Shown here piece after piece: positions 36,051 through 49,975 of a stretch of DNA of 64,000 nucleotides. Source of the DNA: Epiperipatus broadwayi (taxonomy: Eukaryota > Animalia > Onychophora); the NCBI GenBank assembly GCA_028023455.1, contig JAQFVV010000002.1:27032001-27096000 (forward strand). The letters are read 5' to 3'. Position 1 is the first letter of the stretch. Each line of letters starts with the position of its first letter. Both the position numbers and the translations under genes were made by a program. The notes under the pieces are model-generated. The model was not told the DNA's origin and searched no databases. It saw nothing but the letters and a program-made list of their open reading frames with translations.

Positions 36051-37134
36051 TAGAGTTATCATCAAGTATCCATTAATTTCTCAGGATTAGAATAGATGGC
36101 TCTTTCTTGTTCTAATATTTAATTAATTTTTCCTGGCATTGTGGTAAAAATCTCTTTCAAGAAAATGGACATGATATTTCAAGTTCTAAAATTTGAAAAA
36201 CAAGAACAGATGCATAAAAAAATTGAGTCTACCAAAACAAACTATTCCCATTTTGATTTTTTTTTTCCTTTATTGAAAGCAACTCATAAAAGAATAAACT
36301 AATTATAGTAAGTTTTAAAACAAAGTGCAATCAGCAAAGTGAAGATAATAATTCAATTTCAAGAAATTATACTGAATTCTAAAACAAACTGCAATTAGCA
36401 AGATCAAAATTTGTATGAGAATAACTATTCAATTTTAAGTCAAATATGTATCAACTTGGAGATTTCTGCTATATATCAAATAATTTATACTTTATTTTTA
36501 TTGATGATTATGAATGCTCATTTGAAAATAACTTATGCATACCCTATTTTTTTAACTTATTAATATTCAAATTATTACATGTTAATTTAAATTTATATTT
36601 ACAATAATTTTTTATTGGTATTGAATATTGAATTTTTATTGGTATTATTATTATTATCTATGTAAGATTTTTGCATATATATATATACACACACACACAC
36701 ACAATAGCTTTTAATTAGCGGACATTTTATTTGTATATATATAATTTTAAATTCAAATCTATGAAAGCAATGACCTTAATGAAGAAAATAAATGTTGATA
36801 TTTATATTCTTTTTATTTGTAATTGGTTTTAGGATATTCTCAGTGAGACAAAAAGCTTTGGAAATTTGATCTGTAGACCATACCTACTTGAAATCATCAA
36901 CAATTTCCACTTGACTTTTTTAATGCTGTATTTAATAGCTTGTGGTAGACATTAGGCTTTTATATTAATTATGTACACCTGATAAGTTAGATTTTAGTAT
37001 CTTAGTAACTTATGTCCAAAATCTTTTACTTTCAATTAGACACTGTCATAAAAAGTTGGATTTTTCCATAAGATATCTTATGACTAAAAAATATCTTATA
37101 AATACATTTGGCGAGTTAACTATATGGCCTCTTT

Positions 37135-37205
37135 TTTTTTTTCATGTGTCAAAGCATTGGCCAGGAAGCGAAACCCTGTGCTGACCACTCAGCCACTAAC
37201 GCTTG
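37135..37205 (-). mobile_element. About 70 nt internally deleted tRNA-derived SINE with poly(A) and TSD
   Basis: Homologous to 20186-20271; TSD actatatggcctcttt at 37119-37134 / 37206-37221. Confidence 0.75.
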
Positions 37206-39559
37206 ACTATATGGCCTCTTTAATTTCAAAACTTTTGATTGAAAAAAATTTGTTAATCCCAATATGATTTGAGGCTATTAATAATTTGGATATATACATA
37301 TCAATAACTTAAAAATTATGTTCTGTAATATATTTCCATTATTTTTTATATTAATGATAGACATTGCACATTACAATATCTGTAGTTAGATAATTTAATA
37401 ACATAAACGAAATTCAGAAAAAAATCTGTATAGTTGCTAGATGATACAGTAGTATTTGAGGATGATGATCTAGAAGATATTTACTGTTGTAAAGGACTAA
37501 AATATACACAATTGATTGCTAAAACTTCGTAGAAAAGTTATTTTTCTTTGTTAGAAACAGAATTGTAAATTTTTAGGATTTCAACAATAAAAAATAAATA
37601 GTCATTAAAAAAATTTCAGAATGAAGATGGCATTTAAAAGAATTATGATTTACTATGATAATCATGATAAAAAAGGTTTTGATTGCTGCAGTTTGAATTA
37701 TTTTTATTGAGACAGTAAATGTTCAGTGAATGTGATTATTTACATTTACTGCTGTACATGAAGTTTTGGATAAGTAATAGTTATCACTTCTATGTCTATT
37801 TTAATGATATGAAACATATTTCTTACAACTCATTTTCTTAGAATTTCTATGCGACTCCTAAAACTTTTTGCCTAATTACAAAGTATAATAAAATATATAG
37901 TTAATGTAAAATTTGTACTCATAACTGCTTCCGCATGTGGTATTACATTAAGGATTGCTAGCTATAAATCATTCAATTTATTAGCAATTAATTTTGAGAA
38001 GCCAGCTTCACATAAATAAAGTGATGCAAATTAAAACCTTTATTGTTTTTTAATTCAATTCAGGATAACTGTTTCTAATTGAGAGACAAAATTTCTAACA
38101 AAGTGAAGATTTAAATTAAGTATACAAATGTTTTTTAGCTCAAAAGATTAATTGTCCTTTTTTTAAAAAAGTGATGCTACAATTAAAAATATCAATAAAA
38201 TATGCAGAAGTGATAATTGAAATATATAATTAAACAGCCAGTATGATTAAAAAAGCACTTCAATGAACGTAATAAAAAATTTAAACACATAAGCAAAACA
38301 AACTGTACTTCCATCTTGACTTTAAATATTTGAATTCATTTATTTAAACCAAAAGTGGTGCAAATTACATGGTGGTGGAAACAAGATATCACTCAGTCAT
38401 ATTACTATCAAGTTAAACTTGTCCAAATGCTTCGTGATAAGACATAAATGTGATATTTCTTTTACTATTAAACATTTAACTTTTTATCATTAAGTAACTC
38501 TCAAAAACTCTTCCACAACCCTTTAAGAGATTATGAAACAGAAGTGGGCACCATCATTCTCACCTTATTGAAAAACTTTGCATTGTAAATATATTTAATC
38601 TCATAATATTTAGTAGTTATCTTAGATATGCTATTTTATTAATAATCTATTAGTATCTAAGTTCAGATTATTTTCTGCCCAATAAAAGCAAATGAAAAGT
38701 ATTCTAAAACAAAAATACATAATGCATTTTAGATTTTTTTCTTTCTTAACTTGTTACTAACTGATGTAACTTTTTATCTTTTCATTTTTTTTCTTTTATT
38801 ACTACTATCTATTACTGAAGTGTTATAATTCAATTTCTTTAATGATTTTTTCCACTGAGCTTATTTCATTTGTAGCTATTTGGCAATGCACTCATATTTA
38901 TCTTAAAACAATGACTTATAGTCAGCATAATATAAGTATAAATGTTTATGGCTAAGTGAGCCAGTTACAAATATTGTGACAAACAACCATAGAGTACAAA
39001 ATATTGTGACAAAAATTCACTATCAATCATTAATGTGATTAAAAATAAGTAACATGCAAAAGATTAATAAATATATAAATAAATGTATGATGTAAAAATG
39101 TATTAGATAGTTATCTCTTTGATTTTTATTTTATTTTTATGGAATCAAAAGGGGGAAAAGTATATAATATTTTGAGGCATTAAATAGTATTACATTCTTT
39201 GGCCTCATAATGTGAATATTTTTCTTTCCATTACCCTGTTATAACACTTGGATAAATTTGAAAATATAGGAAGTTAGACAATTCTATTTTACAAATTAAT
39301 TAAATAAGATCATTTATTTTCTGCACTGATCAATCTGCGTATAAAATAGACAAATTCCATTGCGATCAGAACCTTCCACTACAAGCAATAAGTAATAATT
39401 TGACTGATAATAATTTCACATCTAAACTATTTATAATACAAATGTTTAATATAATAAGATATTGATCTATACTGATATATATGTGTGTGTGTGTGTGTAA
39501 CATATTAACACATTTTGAAGACGATTCAACTTAATTAAAATCAATAAGAAAATAACCAA

Positions 39560-40160
39560 TGTTCTACTAACAACTGTGACAAAGATCACCTATGCAAAAA
39601 AAAAAAAGCAACAATTCTGAAGTAAAATTTCAAACTGGCAAGAAAAGAAGGAATATGAAAATATTTAAAATTGGTCCATTAAAAATTAAATATATGGCTT
39701 TATGTAAAATGGCACAAAAAAGAGTTAACGATATGAAAAAATATAATTGCAAATTGATAAAGAAAGATATAGATGAGAATAAAAATATACATAAAATCTT
39801 AATATTGGAAGCTGTTACTAGTAACAAAAAGAAATGATGAAAGTAATATCTTAAAACATGTGGGGGAAAAAAGAGATAATGATATAAGAAAATATAACTG
39901 CAAATAGGTAAAGAAAGGTATGAGAGAATAAAAATATACATAAAATCTTAATATTGGAAGCTGTTACCGGCAACAAAAAGAAAAGATGAAAGGGTCGTCA
40001 TAAAATATGGGGAAAGATTCAATAAAGAATTATATGATATAGAACAAGAAAAGAAAATAACCCTTACAAATATCTCTGAATTGCTGAATATTTTAAATAA
40101 TAAGATGAGACATGTAATTAAATCTATGAAGGAGGGGGAAGTTCCATGAAATGATGGAAT
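39560..40160 (+). mobile_element. Decayed LINE fragment with a tandem duplication of about 149 bp
   Basis: ataaaaatatacataaaatcttaatattggaagctgttac occurs twice; GEVP*NDGI (KxPGxDGI-like) near 40140. Confidence 0.45.
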
Positions 40161-40252
40161 TATTATTTATTTATTTAGTGTATATTACTGTTAAGCTAAG
40201 ATTAATAGCTAAGGTGAAGCTATAAGTTTGTTATTAGTGAGCCTCTATTTAT

Positions 40253-40297
40253 GGACTCAGCGCTTTTGGAGCACCTACAGCTCCATAATCATAGTCC
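40253..40297 (-). ncRNA. Inactivated hammerhead at the PLE 3' end
   Basis: GGACT-[ATGATTA]-T-GGAGC/tgtaggt/GCTCC-[AAAA]-GCGCT-G-AGTCC; perfect stems I and II; palindrome AGCGCT; core mutated. Confidence 0.6.
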
Positions 40298-41207
40298 TTT
40301 TTACATGCTGTTGATTCTATGCAAATGCATGCAAATTATAACATCCATCTTTTCGAGATCGCGAAGCACGTGTCTTTTCTATTGATTGACATGGCATCGC
40401 TGGTGATGTAACATGCCTCCTTAATCTTTCTCTTAACATCGTTCCTCTCTGTGCACACGATATCGGCTTTAGACGGCTCAAATCTATGGCTTTGCTCCTG
40501 CTGATGATCAGCAAATACTGATCTGCCCTCTCCTTTAGTTGTGGCTTTTGTATATATATATATCTATGCTGAGCCAGTCTATTGCTCACTGTGGCCCGAG
40601 TTTCCCCATAATATACCGAATCACATCCTGTCTGCGGGCACACAATTTTATAAATGACATGGGGGGTTTCTTCTATATTTCTTTTATCTTTGGTGTTGTT
40701 GATGAGCCTATTTGTGTTTGGAGGGGTTCTGAATCCAAGTTTGAATTCCTTCTGTAATATTTTACTGAAATTTTTAGCTACTGTAGATATGTAGGGTATA
40801 ATTAGATGTTGTCTGTTATCTTTTGTGTTTTGTTGTAGTCTTTTATGAAAGCTTGCAATCCTTTTGGTTATTGTTTTGTGATCAAACCCACGTTTATTAA
40901 GTCACTGATGTAGCTGGTGATGTTGTTTTTCCTGTCTGACTCCAATTTGCACAGGTGGTGATTGCGAAATAAAAAGGCAGACAGCCCTGCAAGTTTGGGT
41001 GCTTTAGGGGATTTTGCGAGCGGATGGATGTAGCTTCGGACGCATAAGGGTTTAATTATCATGGAATAAACCAATGCTAACTTCTCTCTTTTAATTTTCA
41101 AATCCAAATACTTGACCGTGTTTTGCTCATCTTCGTGTGTGCAATTAAATGTGAGGTTGGAAAGAGCGTGGAGTTCATGTAAAATCTCCGTGATAGCATT
41201 TAGTGTA
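40253..41207 (-). mobile_element. 5'-truncated Penelope-like retroelement (RT C-terminus, GIY-YIG endonuclease, HHR)
   Basis: LTFNCTHEDEQNTVKYLDLKIKRE...IIKP; PHVIYKIVCPQTGCDSVYYGETRATVSNRLAQHR; HHR relic just downstream. Confidence 0.85.
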
Positions 41208-44200
41208 TGAATTTTTTTTTTGTCTGCTTAATTATTATCAAAATATTATTTTAAAAACATGTAGATTCCAACCAGGAAATAAATTCATTAATGAATTTAT
41301 TACGTGTTTCAGTTCTGCTGTAGCCATAGATTTGACAGTCATTAACTATATAGCTTATGCTTAATCTTTGTTCATATTTACATAGGTCAGTTGCTGGTAA
41401 ATGTCATTTTAAATGAACACAATGACCAATGGATTGCACAAATTTATTGATTAAGTCTAGTTGTGTCTAGGAAAATTAAATCTAACTTGCTTTATTGTTA
41501 AATATGGAAAAAGAAATATGATAACTTTATAATTAGTCACCTTTTACAATTTGAAATTTTTGGTAAACATGCAAAAAGGGGGTCTTGATTTTAGTAAAGT
41601 TGTGGGTGACGAAGGTCTGATCTGCTTAACACCTTTTCATACATTTTCTGAAAGGTAACTTCTTTTCTGATATTTCATGGAGAAATATGTAAAAAAAATA
41701 AATAAACCAATGTAAAAGAATAGTCTTTAGTGTCCTAGTAATATTTGTCATGGCAATATTTTGTTGAATATCTGAAAGTTGATATGGGAATATTTTTTCT
41801 ACAATCAGAGGCATAGTATCCATTAGAAGAATAAGATAGTGCAAAAGAAATGTCAATAAAGTTCTTGTATCACAATCCCAAATAGTGCCAGTCAACTTTC
41901 CAAGTAAGTTATTCCTAGAAATTAATTTTAATCTAATTTTACATTCAGATTACAAGATAATTTTCTGTTGATTAGATAAAAAATTGAACATACTAATTTC
42001 ATTTGATCCCAGTATTCAAAGATTTCTAATTTTTTCATATGCATATTGAGTGACTTTTCTACTTCAGTTAAAGGATCTTTTTTTAAACTCAAATCAAAAT
42101 CATATGCATTGATAAATTTTTTGCAGCTAGAAGACCAGTGATGAATATATTAAATAAAGTAGGTAAAAGAACTGAATTTTGATGTAGATTGCTCTATAAA
42201 ATTTTGTATATACTATGATACCATTTGGCATCTCTTGAATTTTTCTATTGGAAAGCATTTTCTTAAATAAGTCAATAATCTAGATCATATTTCAGAAAGA
42301 AGCATAAGCTGAAATTAGCCAATTAAGGTAGCACCAGTCTAATTTATTTTGAAAACTTTTTTAAACTAGTTGCTAAAAAAATAAAATTTATTTACAGTAG
42401 CTTCTTCCTGGCCTAAAATCAACCTGTTTTTGGAGGTAGCTTGTTCTCATCTACTGGCAAAATTATCATTAATAATTTTTCAAATAACATATAGAAAAAA
42501 AAAAGATGATAATTTTTTGAATCATTGCTAGGTTTATTTGGTTTAAAAGTGCTCCTAGAGCCTTTCTTGGTTTAAAATATTTAAAGAATGAACTCCTTTC
42601 TTGGTTTAAAACATCAAGAGAAAATTCCAAGATATGATAACTGTAATAGACATAAAATTATATAGAGCAGTTTATTAGAGAATAGACATCTACAGATTTT
42701 ATCAAATTGATATTATAAAAGAAAACCTTGCAATTCTGCCTAATGTTGTTGTTTTTTACTCTATCAATCTTGGGTTTAGAAATATGACGTATAAGATTGA
42801 TAAAAAATTATCAAATCTTATGATTAGATCATGTAAAATTTTACTTCTTTATGGTTTCTCTCCACTTCTCTTTTCTAGCATCATTCAGTGATTTTACAAG
42901 TTTATCAGCAGTTTCTGGATCTTTCTAAACAAAAATTAACTATAAATAGCACTGTTTCATTCCAAGTGGAAGTAAATTGATTCTGATATCCACAAAAGAT
43001 GAATTTTCTGTATGTTATTGTGTTTTATAAAGCTATTATAGTATGAAAGAAATGGGGATTGTATTAACATTTTGTTTAGTTATTGACTTCATTGACTCCA
43101 GTCAGTTTTTCTTTAAATTTTATCTTAGAATAGAATAACTTTCAATGTATGAATGTGGATTCCAAGAATGATTAGACTTGATTTATATGACTGTGAAAGA
43201 AATTGTGCAATATTAACAATAGTTAGGCATTGGTGAATCAAACAAGCATAAATCAGTTGCTGCTGCTGTTTCCATTTGTCTGAATATTTCTCCTTGTTTG
43301 GCATAAGTGCTTGTTATTTAAATCCAGCCATTCTAAAAGTTGACGGCTGTTTGATTTTTACATATTCTCAAAGACTACTGTGAGAATTAAATGTAGGAAG
43401 ATTAGGAAAAATAGTGTAAAGATAAGATGTATTGGAACTGAGGAGAGGGATTGTAAAATGTGCATATATAAATATTACCTATCTGAACAATGATTGAAGT
43501 TTCACACGAACTATCTTCAATAGAAATTATTCACTTGACAAGATAGTTTGAAACAAAAGTGGCTATAGTATGTTTAGAAAGGATTCATCAACAACCAATA
43601 TAAATCCAGGAATTTTAAGATGATATGTGTTATTAGGAAAATTATAAGTTTCTTAAAATACAATTACACCAATGTTGTGCTGAATAATTAATTTGCAGAG
43701 GATCTTTATTATTGATATACTCTTAATGTTACATTAATTATATTGTTTCTTAGACAAAAAGAACATTGAATAGAAGATAATCTAGAATTTGAGGTGTTTC
43801 ATGGTTGCCAATATCATGTTAATTTTCATTTCAAAAGTTTAGAAACCTCAAATCTAGTTTTGGCATAGCTATCTCCCATAACATGACTGAAATTCATGTT
43901 AGCAGTTTTTTTTTTTTGTTGTTTTTTTTTTTTGGTATTTTCAAAATTTCCTGTCTTTAACCAGAAATTCATCAAAATGAAATGTGCTATATTCACTTTG
44001 CATGCTGCTTGAAGAGTATATATATATTGTAACATTATAGTATCATTGTAAATTGGCTATTATAAATTTAAACTGTAAAAATATTTATTGGCTTTAACTT
44101 TTATAGTTAAGCAAGTATATTCATCACTGTCATTGATTATATAGCTAGAATATAATCATTATCATATTTAAATAGTCTCTCATACTAATGTTTATGAGAA

Positions 44201-47200
44201 ATATATAATTTTATAAAGCATTTTTGAATGGCTTTCCAAGCAGGTTTTTTTTTTATAAACTTCTATATTTGTATAAAGAAAATACGTATGTTCATATTTC
44301 AGTGTTATTCTTATTAAGGAACAAAGTTATCGAATTGTATAAATTAAAAGAAGTGTTCACACACATAAAACAAATAATTCAAAAATAGAAATATAGAATT
44401 ATAAATCCAACATTACAACTCTAAAGTATATTGATGAGGGATAGAACAAACAGCTTTTACATTTATATTTTGTGTGCATGTGTTGACACTTATGTGTTTA
44501 ATTTTTTTTCATATATAGCAACGATTGATTTAGTTTACTAGAATATTTATTGATATTCATTAAAATATTAATTTAAATTCAATTGAATAAATATCTGAGA
44601 ACTATAAAGTTTTATGATTTATTTTAAATGCTTGAAGAATTATTTTAAAAACCCAGAAATAAAAGTGAAGCAATTAAATATTAAAATTGTTATTTTCTTT
44701 TTTTCTTCATTTTTAAATATTATTTCTAAAGTTTTACAGCCTTGATTAAAAAATTTTAGCATCAAGCATTTTGCCCATTAAAAACCATGACAACTTCTGA
44801 TATTTCATGGATAAATAAAGAAACTCCAATGCATGATGGAATCATGTGATAACTAGTATAAAAGCTGAAGTTTGGAAAACCTATAAGTCATCACAAATTC
44901 TTATTGTATTCAGGACCCTAAATAGATTCAAATTTTTAAATAGACATTTTGTTTCCACCTACATGGTGACTGGCTAGATTAACTAGTCAAGTGTTTACCA
45001 TGACTAGGCAAGGGACCACATCATTCTAGGAGAAAGTTGGATAGCAATAAATAAATCAAAAACCATCATTAATTAATTCATTAATTATTTAGTTCAAATA
45101 ATCTCATTTATTACTGTCAATTGTTAGTGGGGAAATGGACAAATTGACTTATGGAATGCTGTCTCACAACTTCAACAATAAATCGCTAGATTTTTTCAAT
45201 TGAAAGTAATGGTTTTAATAGCTGATATATTTTGGAAAATTATATTTATTAATTTCAAATAAGGTGATGATGTTTATTTTCAAATTATTGTAAAATAATT
45301 ATGTTCTTCACTACAAAAAAGGATGCGTATTAAATCTCAATAGTTAATAATACGCTGATGCGTTGCGATGAAACTTTTTATGTAATAATTTGTAGGCTTT
45401 TGTATATATATTCTGATTTACAGACTTAGCACTTTCAGAGCCCTTGTTGCTCCATATTCATAGTCTTTTCAGATTATTAGTTATATGCAAATGTATGCAA
45501 ATCGCCTCCGTAAATTTATCTCATCTTTAATTATGTAAGGAAAAACTTTAAATAATAATTTTTCAACTCAAATATGCCTCTGTATAAACTTGTTGCTTAG
45601 AGAAATAAACTTTGATTTAAAAAATATAATGAAAATCGCTTTTGTTATGGATGGTAAACTATTTGCTTTATCAGAGATAGGATCAGAATTACTGGCATAA
45701 TGAATTGAAAATCTACAAATAATTATATATCTTAAATTAAAGAAGTAATGACACTAATTTTTTGGATAAAACTATAGCACCTGCTCAAATGAATTAAATT
45801 GCTGCATGGAATAAACTACAAATTTGTATCCGGTGCTTAAGAAATTGCATTATGAATTATCAATGCTAAATATTTAATAACATTAAATGGATAATGGATT
45901 AGAAAACCTAAATATTAAAATGCCATTCATGAATTATGGATTATTAAGGCAAGTTTTAATTGTGATAAACATACAAGTTATAAGCAATCTTATAAAATAA
46001 TTAATGTGTTAAATATAATTACCTTGCATTAACAAGTGTGCTAAGTGAAATTTATTAATCTTTGTGTTTTGATCCAGAAATGATTATATTACAAAGTGAA
46101 ATTATTTGTGCTTTACATAATCTGTGATGCTGTTATTTTAAAAATATTTGTAAAGTCCCAAGAACTCTGAAATATTTTGCAAGTATTAATTGTTCAGTGG
46201 GATAAATTTTAAATTGTCACAACCATTAGAGAATTATTCAATGCATTTTTATAAAATTGTTTCTTTCTTAGTTAGTTAATATTATAGTTGTTACTAGTGT
46301 AATAAAGTTTTCTCAGATATTACTATGCTCAGGTACAAGAAATTTATTGTTGCTATTGAATGGGATTAAATATGATTTACCTTAGGTTTAGGCTCTATAA
46401 ATGTAAGTAATTATTAAACTTATATAAAACTGTGCTTCATTTCAAATATTATATGTTTTATGGGTTCTTAAGTTTCAATCTCAAAGTTAAATGGAGTTAA
46501 TCATCTTTATTTAGATAATTAGATCTGTAAAGAATATTTTATGCATCACTCATATGTTAGTATTAATTTTTCATTGTTATATAATATGTAATAAGGCATT
46601 CTAATGACCTAATTATAATTTGTTAGTGGAGTAGCACTCTTAATACTTAATTCTGCAAATGAATCCAGTAAAGAATCTTGAGACAGAATAAATAAGCTCA
46701 ATATAATAGATATCATCTAGGTATGTTAAGCAATGATTTGTACTTGTTTCTATTAAAAGAGTGAAAACTTTTCTAGCATTATTAAGTAAGGTTGATTAAT
46801 AATTGTTTAGTTAATTAAACAAACTATTTAAGGACGATTATACAACATTTATCTTTTATCATTATGATAATAATTATTATCCTCCAGTATTTAAACAGAG
46901 AATTAGTTTGAAATAATAAACAACCTATTCTTATTTAATGTTAGTATCTTCACAACACTGTCTGATAACACACTTTTCATATCCCAAGTTCAAATTGGAT
47001 TTAGAAAATTAATAGTAATGTTTATTAGATATTTTATATAACTTTCTTATTATCATTATTCGTTTTTATCATTTATTGTATATTGTGTAATAAAGTGTTA
47101 ATTTTTTTTTAATATTTCTTGTATGTCACTATTAAAGAAACATCATCATTGTATATTGATAAAAAAGATCATATTTAAGATAATAGATTACGCATAAAAT

Positions 47201-47416
47201 CTATGTCGATTAAATACATCATTATTGTATTGATGCTATCTGAAATATAAAAGTATTGGGCTTAATGGTGTACATAAAATTCCTTTCACATTGCCATATC
47301 CTAAAATGCATAAACACACTTTATATCCATGTATTTTTTTCTTATATAATTCTGAGATAAATCATTAATCAACTTCATATTTAAAATTTCTAGCCTTAGT
47401 TTTGTAGCCAGATGAT

Positions 47417-48067
47417 AATCCTATGGGGCAGGATTGGTATTAAACCAATAAACATTACATGATCACCATTCTTTATGCTTACACAAGCTGTTTACACAGA
47501 GGTAAAATTCTCCATATAGTAGCGTTACTCAGTGCAAGCCAGAGTAATCAATGGATGAAGAAATGTTTACTCTGGCTTGCACTGAGTGGCCCTATTGTAT
47601 GGAGAGTTTTGCTTCTGTGTAAATAGCTTGTGTAAGCATAAAGAATGGAGATCATATGATGTTTATAGGTTTGATACCAATCAGGCCAATAGGATTATTG
47701 TGACTGGTTATTAAAGAAACAAAGAGATCAAAATGTATGGATGCTGAACTGGGTTCTGATATGACTATATAAGCTGATGAGCTTGAATTAAAAACATTAT
47801 TGTGTTTTCATTTTGGACTCAAAGCTTTATAGTTTGCTAATAATGTAAAAGGTGGCTGCTGGAGGGTTGCATTAGATCCTAAGTGCTATGTGCAGTCCTC
47901 TCAGATCCAAGGCTTCTCACTGATGACAGTCACAAGCTAAAAACTAGTCTGGGGATATTTGATGAATAGGCACTAGCTAGGGATTTTATGCACAAACTTT
48001 CCTGCATCCATTGATTACTCCGACTTGCACTGAGTGGTGCTACTGTATGGAGAGTTTTGCCTCCGTG
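47417..48067. mobile_element. Family A copy A5, head-to-head (minus arm to about 47563, plus arm from about 47567)
   Basis: TSD ttgtag(c/t)cagatgat at 47402-47416 / 48068-48082; HHR at 47914. Confidence 0.85.
47914..47955 (+). ncRNA. Hammerhead relic (G12A)
   Basis: TTCTCA-CTGATGA-C-AGT/cacaa/GCT-A-AAAA-CTAGT-C-TGGGGA. Confidence 0.6.
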
Positions 48068-48848
48068 TTGTAGTCAGATGATGATATAACAAGATGTTAA
48101 CTAAATATAATAATATATGATATGATCACCACTTTTTATGTGTATGGAGAAAGTGGCTACTGTTCTAAAAAGTAATATAGTTATACAAAATCACATACAT
48201 AATCATTTAAGACACATATATATATATATGTAATATTATATATACCTTATCAATTTGTGAAATAACGTTAGGTGCCAATAAAGGATTTTTATAGACTATT
48301 CTTATAGAAATCCATTCAATCATCAAACGAACAGAAGGTTGTATAGCATCTAATGAAAGGACAACTAATAGCTTATTCAATAACTCCGAATAGTGAATCT
48401 AAAATAAATACACATTATAAAATGCAGAATATATTTTCAGTTATTTACACAACCATTTTAAATGGAAAATGATTATGCATATAATTAAAGCATTTCTGCA
48501 TGGTTATTAATAATATTTATTTTCACTGTAAATACTTTCTTGCTTTAATATTATTATACTAATTAATCTACAATGTATATTTTATTTTAAAAATATACAT
48601 TTACATTTATGAATCTGTCATAAAAGATCATTATTAGATAATATGCTTTGTTATTATACTCAGCATTGATAATAATTCTAACAATAATTCAATCTATAAC
48701 ACTCTATTACAGAGCTATCTATAAGAGCATGAATGTAATCAATGAACATCAAATGATAATACAACCAGAAACCCAAATATTTATCTGTGGGAAACAATGG
48801 ATTATGAATATATATTTAATAATTAATAATATAGTAATTTATATGTCT

Positions 48849-49018
48849 GTAATATTATGAAAGAAACTATTCTTCACACATGCGCTAGAATTGACACGCA
48901 GTCTCTTCTGTCAATAATTGTTTTAAAACCGCCTATGGTTTTAAAACAATTATAGAGGAAAGAGAATGTGTGTCAATTCTAGTGCATATATAAGGAATAG
49001 TTCCTTCCACAATATTAC
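48849..49018. repeat. Palindrome (about 80 bp arms, 6 nt loop)
   Basis: ataattgttttaaaacc-gcctat-ggttttaaaacaattat at the centre. Confidence 0.85.
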
Positions 49019-49975
49019 AATCTAATTTATTATGAGGAAATACTGAGAACTCATCGGTGAAAGTTTTGTCGCATTTAGATCTTCCATCAATACTATCATT
49101 TTTTATAATAATTTCATTTAAATTCTCTAAATGAAGTGAGTAAAACTATCTCTATAGCATATCAACTAACTGATAAAAGTTTTTTGGTAACAAAATCGAA
49201 TCCTAAAAATGAATCTTCATTAATTCTAGAAAGATGGCATCTTCGGCATTAATATGTAATTCGCATTTTAAAGTTCATTTTTTTAACACATTGTAATTTA
49301 CAAATAGTAATAAAAATGTATTCTTGTTGAATTAAAAAATATATTTTCTCTTTACTCTTCAAGGTTTTTGCAAACACTAAAATTTCCTCTTATTAAGTCA
49401 TCATTACTTTTCTAATTTAAAAACCAGCAATAATTAATTTCCAAAAGTGTGACTGATGATTGAGGCACAGAAAATTTTCATTTCATACTCTTTTCTATTT
49501 GAATATGTTTAATCACATGAATTAATATAAAAGTAAATCTTTTTCTATAATAATGCAAGAAAATTCTTCTAGTGATTATTTAAAAATAGCATTACATTAC
49601 CTCAATGACTTTAAAATAAGATTCTATGTTTATTTATAGATTTAACGTACTGTTTCTGACTAAATATTATTTGTAAAGCTTGCATTATCATTTCCAATGA
49701 TTTGTATTAATTTTATAATTATTTTTAAATAAATAAACATCACACTAACTTAGAGAAGTAGTTATGTCCTGAATATTAAAAATATTCATTGTTTGTTATG
49801 TAATTACATTTTCTCAGCTTAGAGTATGAAAAAAAAATTAACTAAATGATAATCTTTTATTTTTTTTCCAATCATTTCTTAAAGGATTAACATATATATA
49901 ATATTTAACGTATGTTAAAATGAATGTTCTCAGAGGCAAAAGATGTTTTATAAAATATGTTTTCAAGAGCAATCA

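Noticed and set aside
40501-40530. CTGATGATCAG...CTGATC hairpin as a hammerhead
   Set aside because: No GAAA; it is the antisense strand of the PLE coding region.
41626-42126. Open frames with splice-like sites as further exons
   Set aside because: Phases are inconsistent and no motif is recognisable.
45355-45385. CTGATGC...GAAAC as a hammerhead
   Set aside because: A9 is missing and the stems do not pair.
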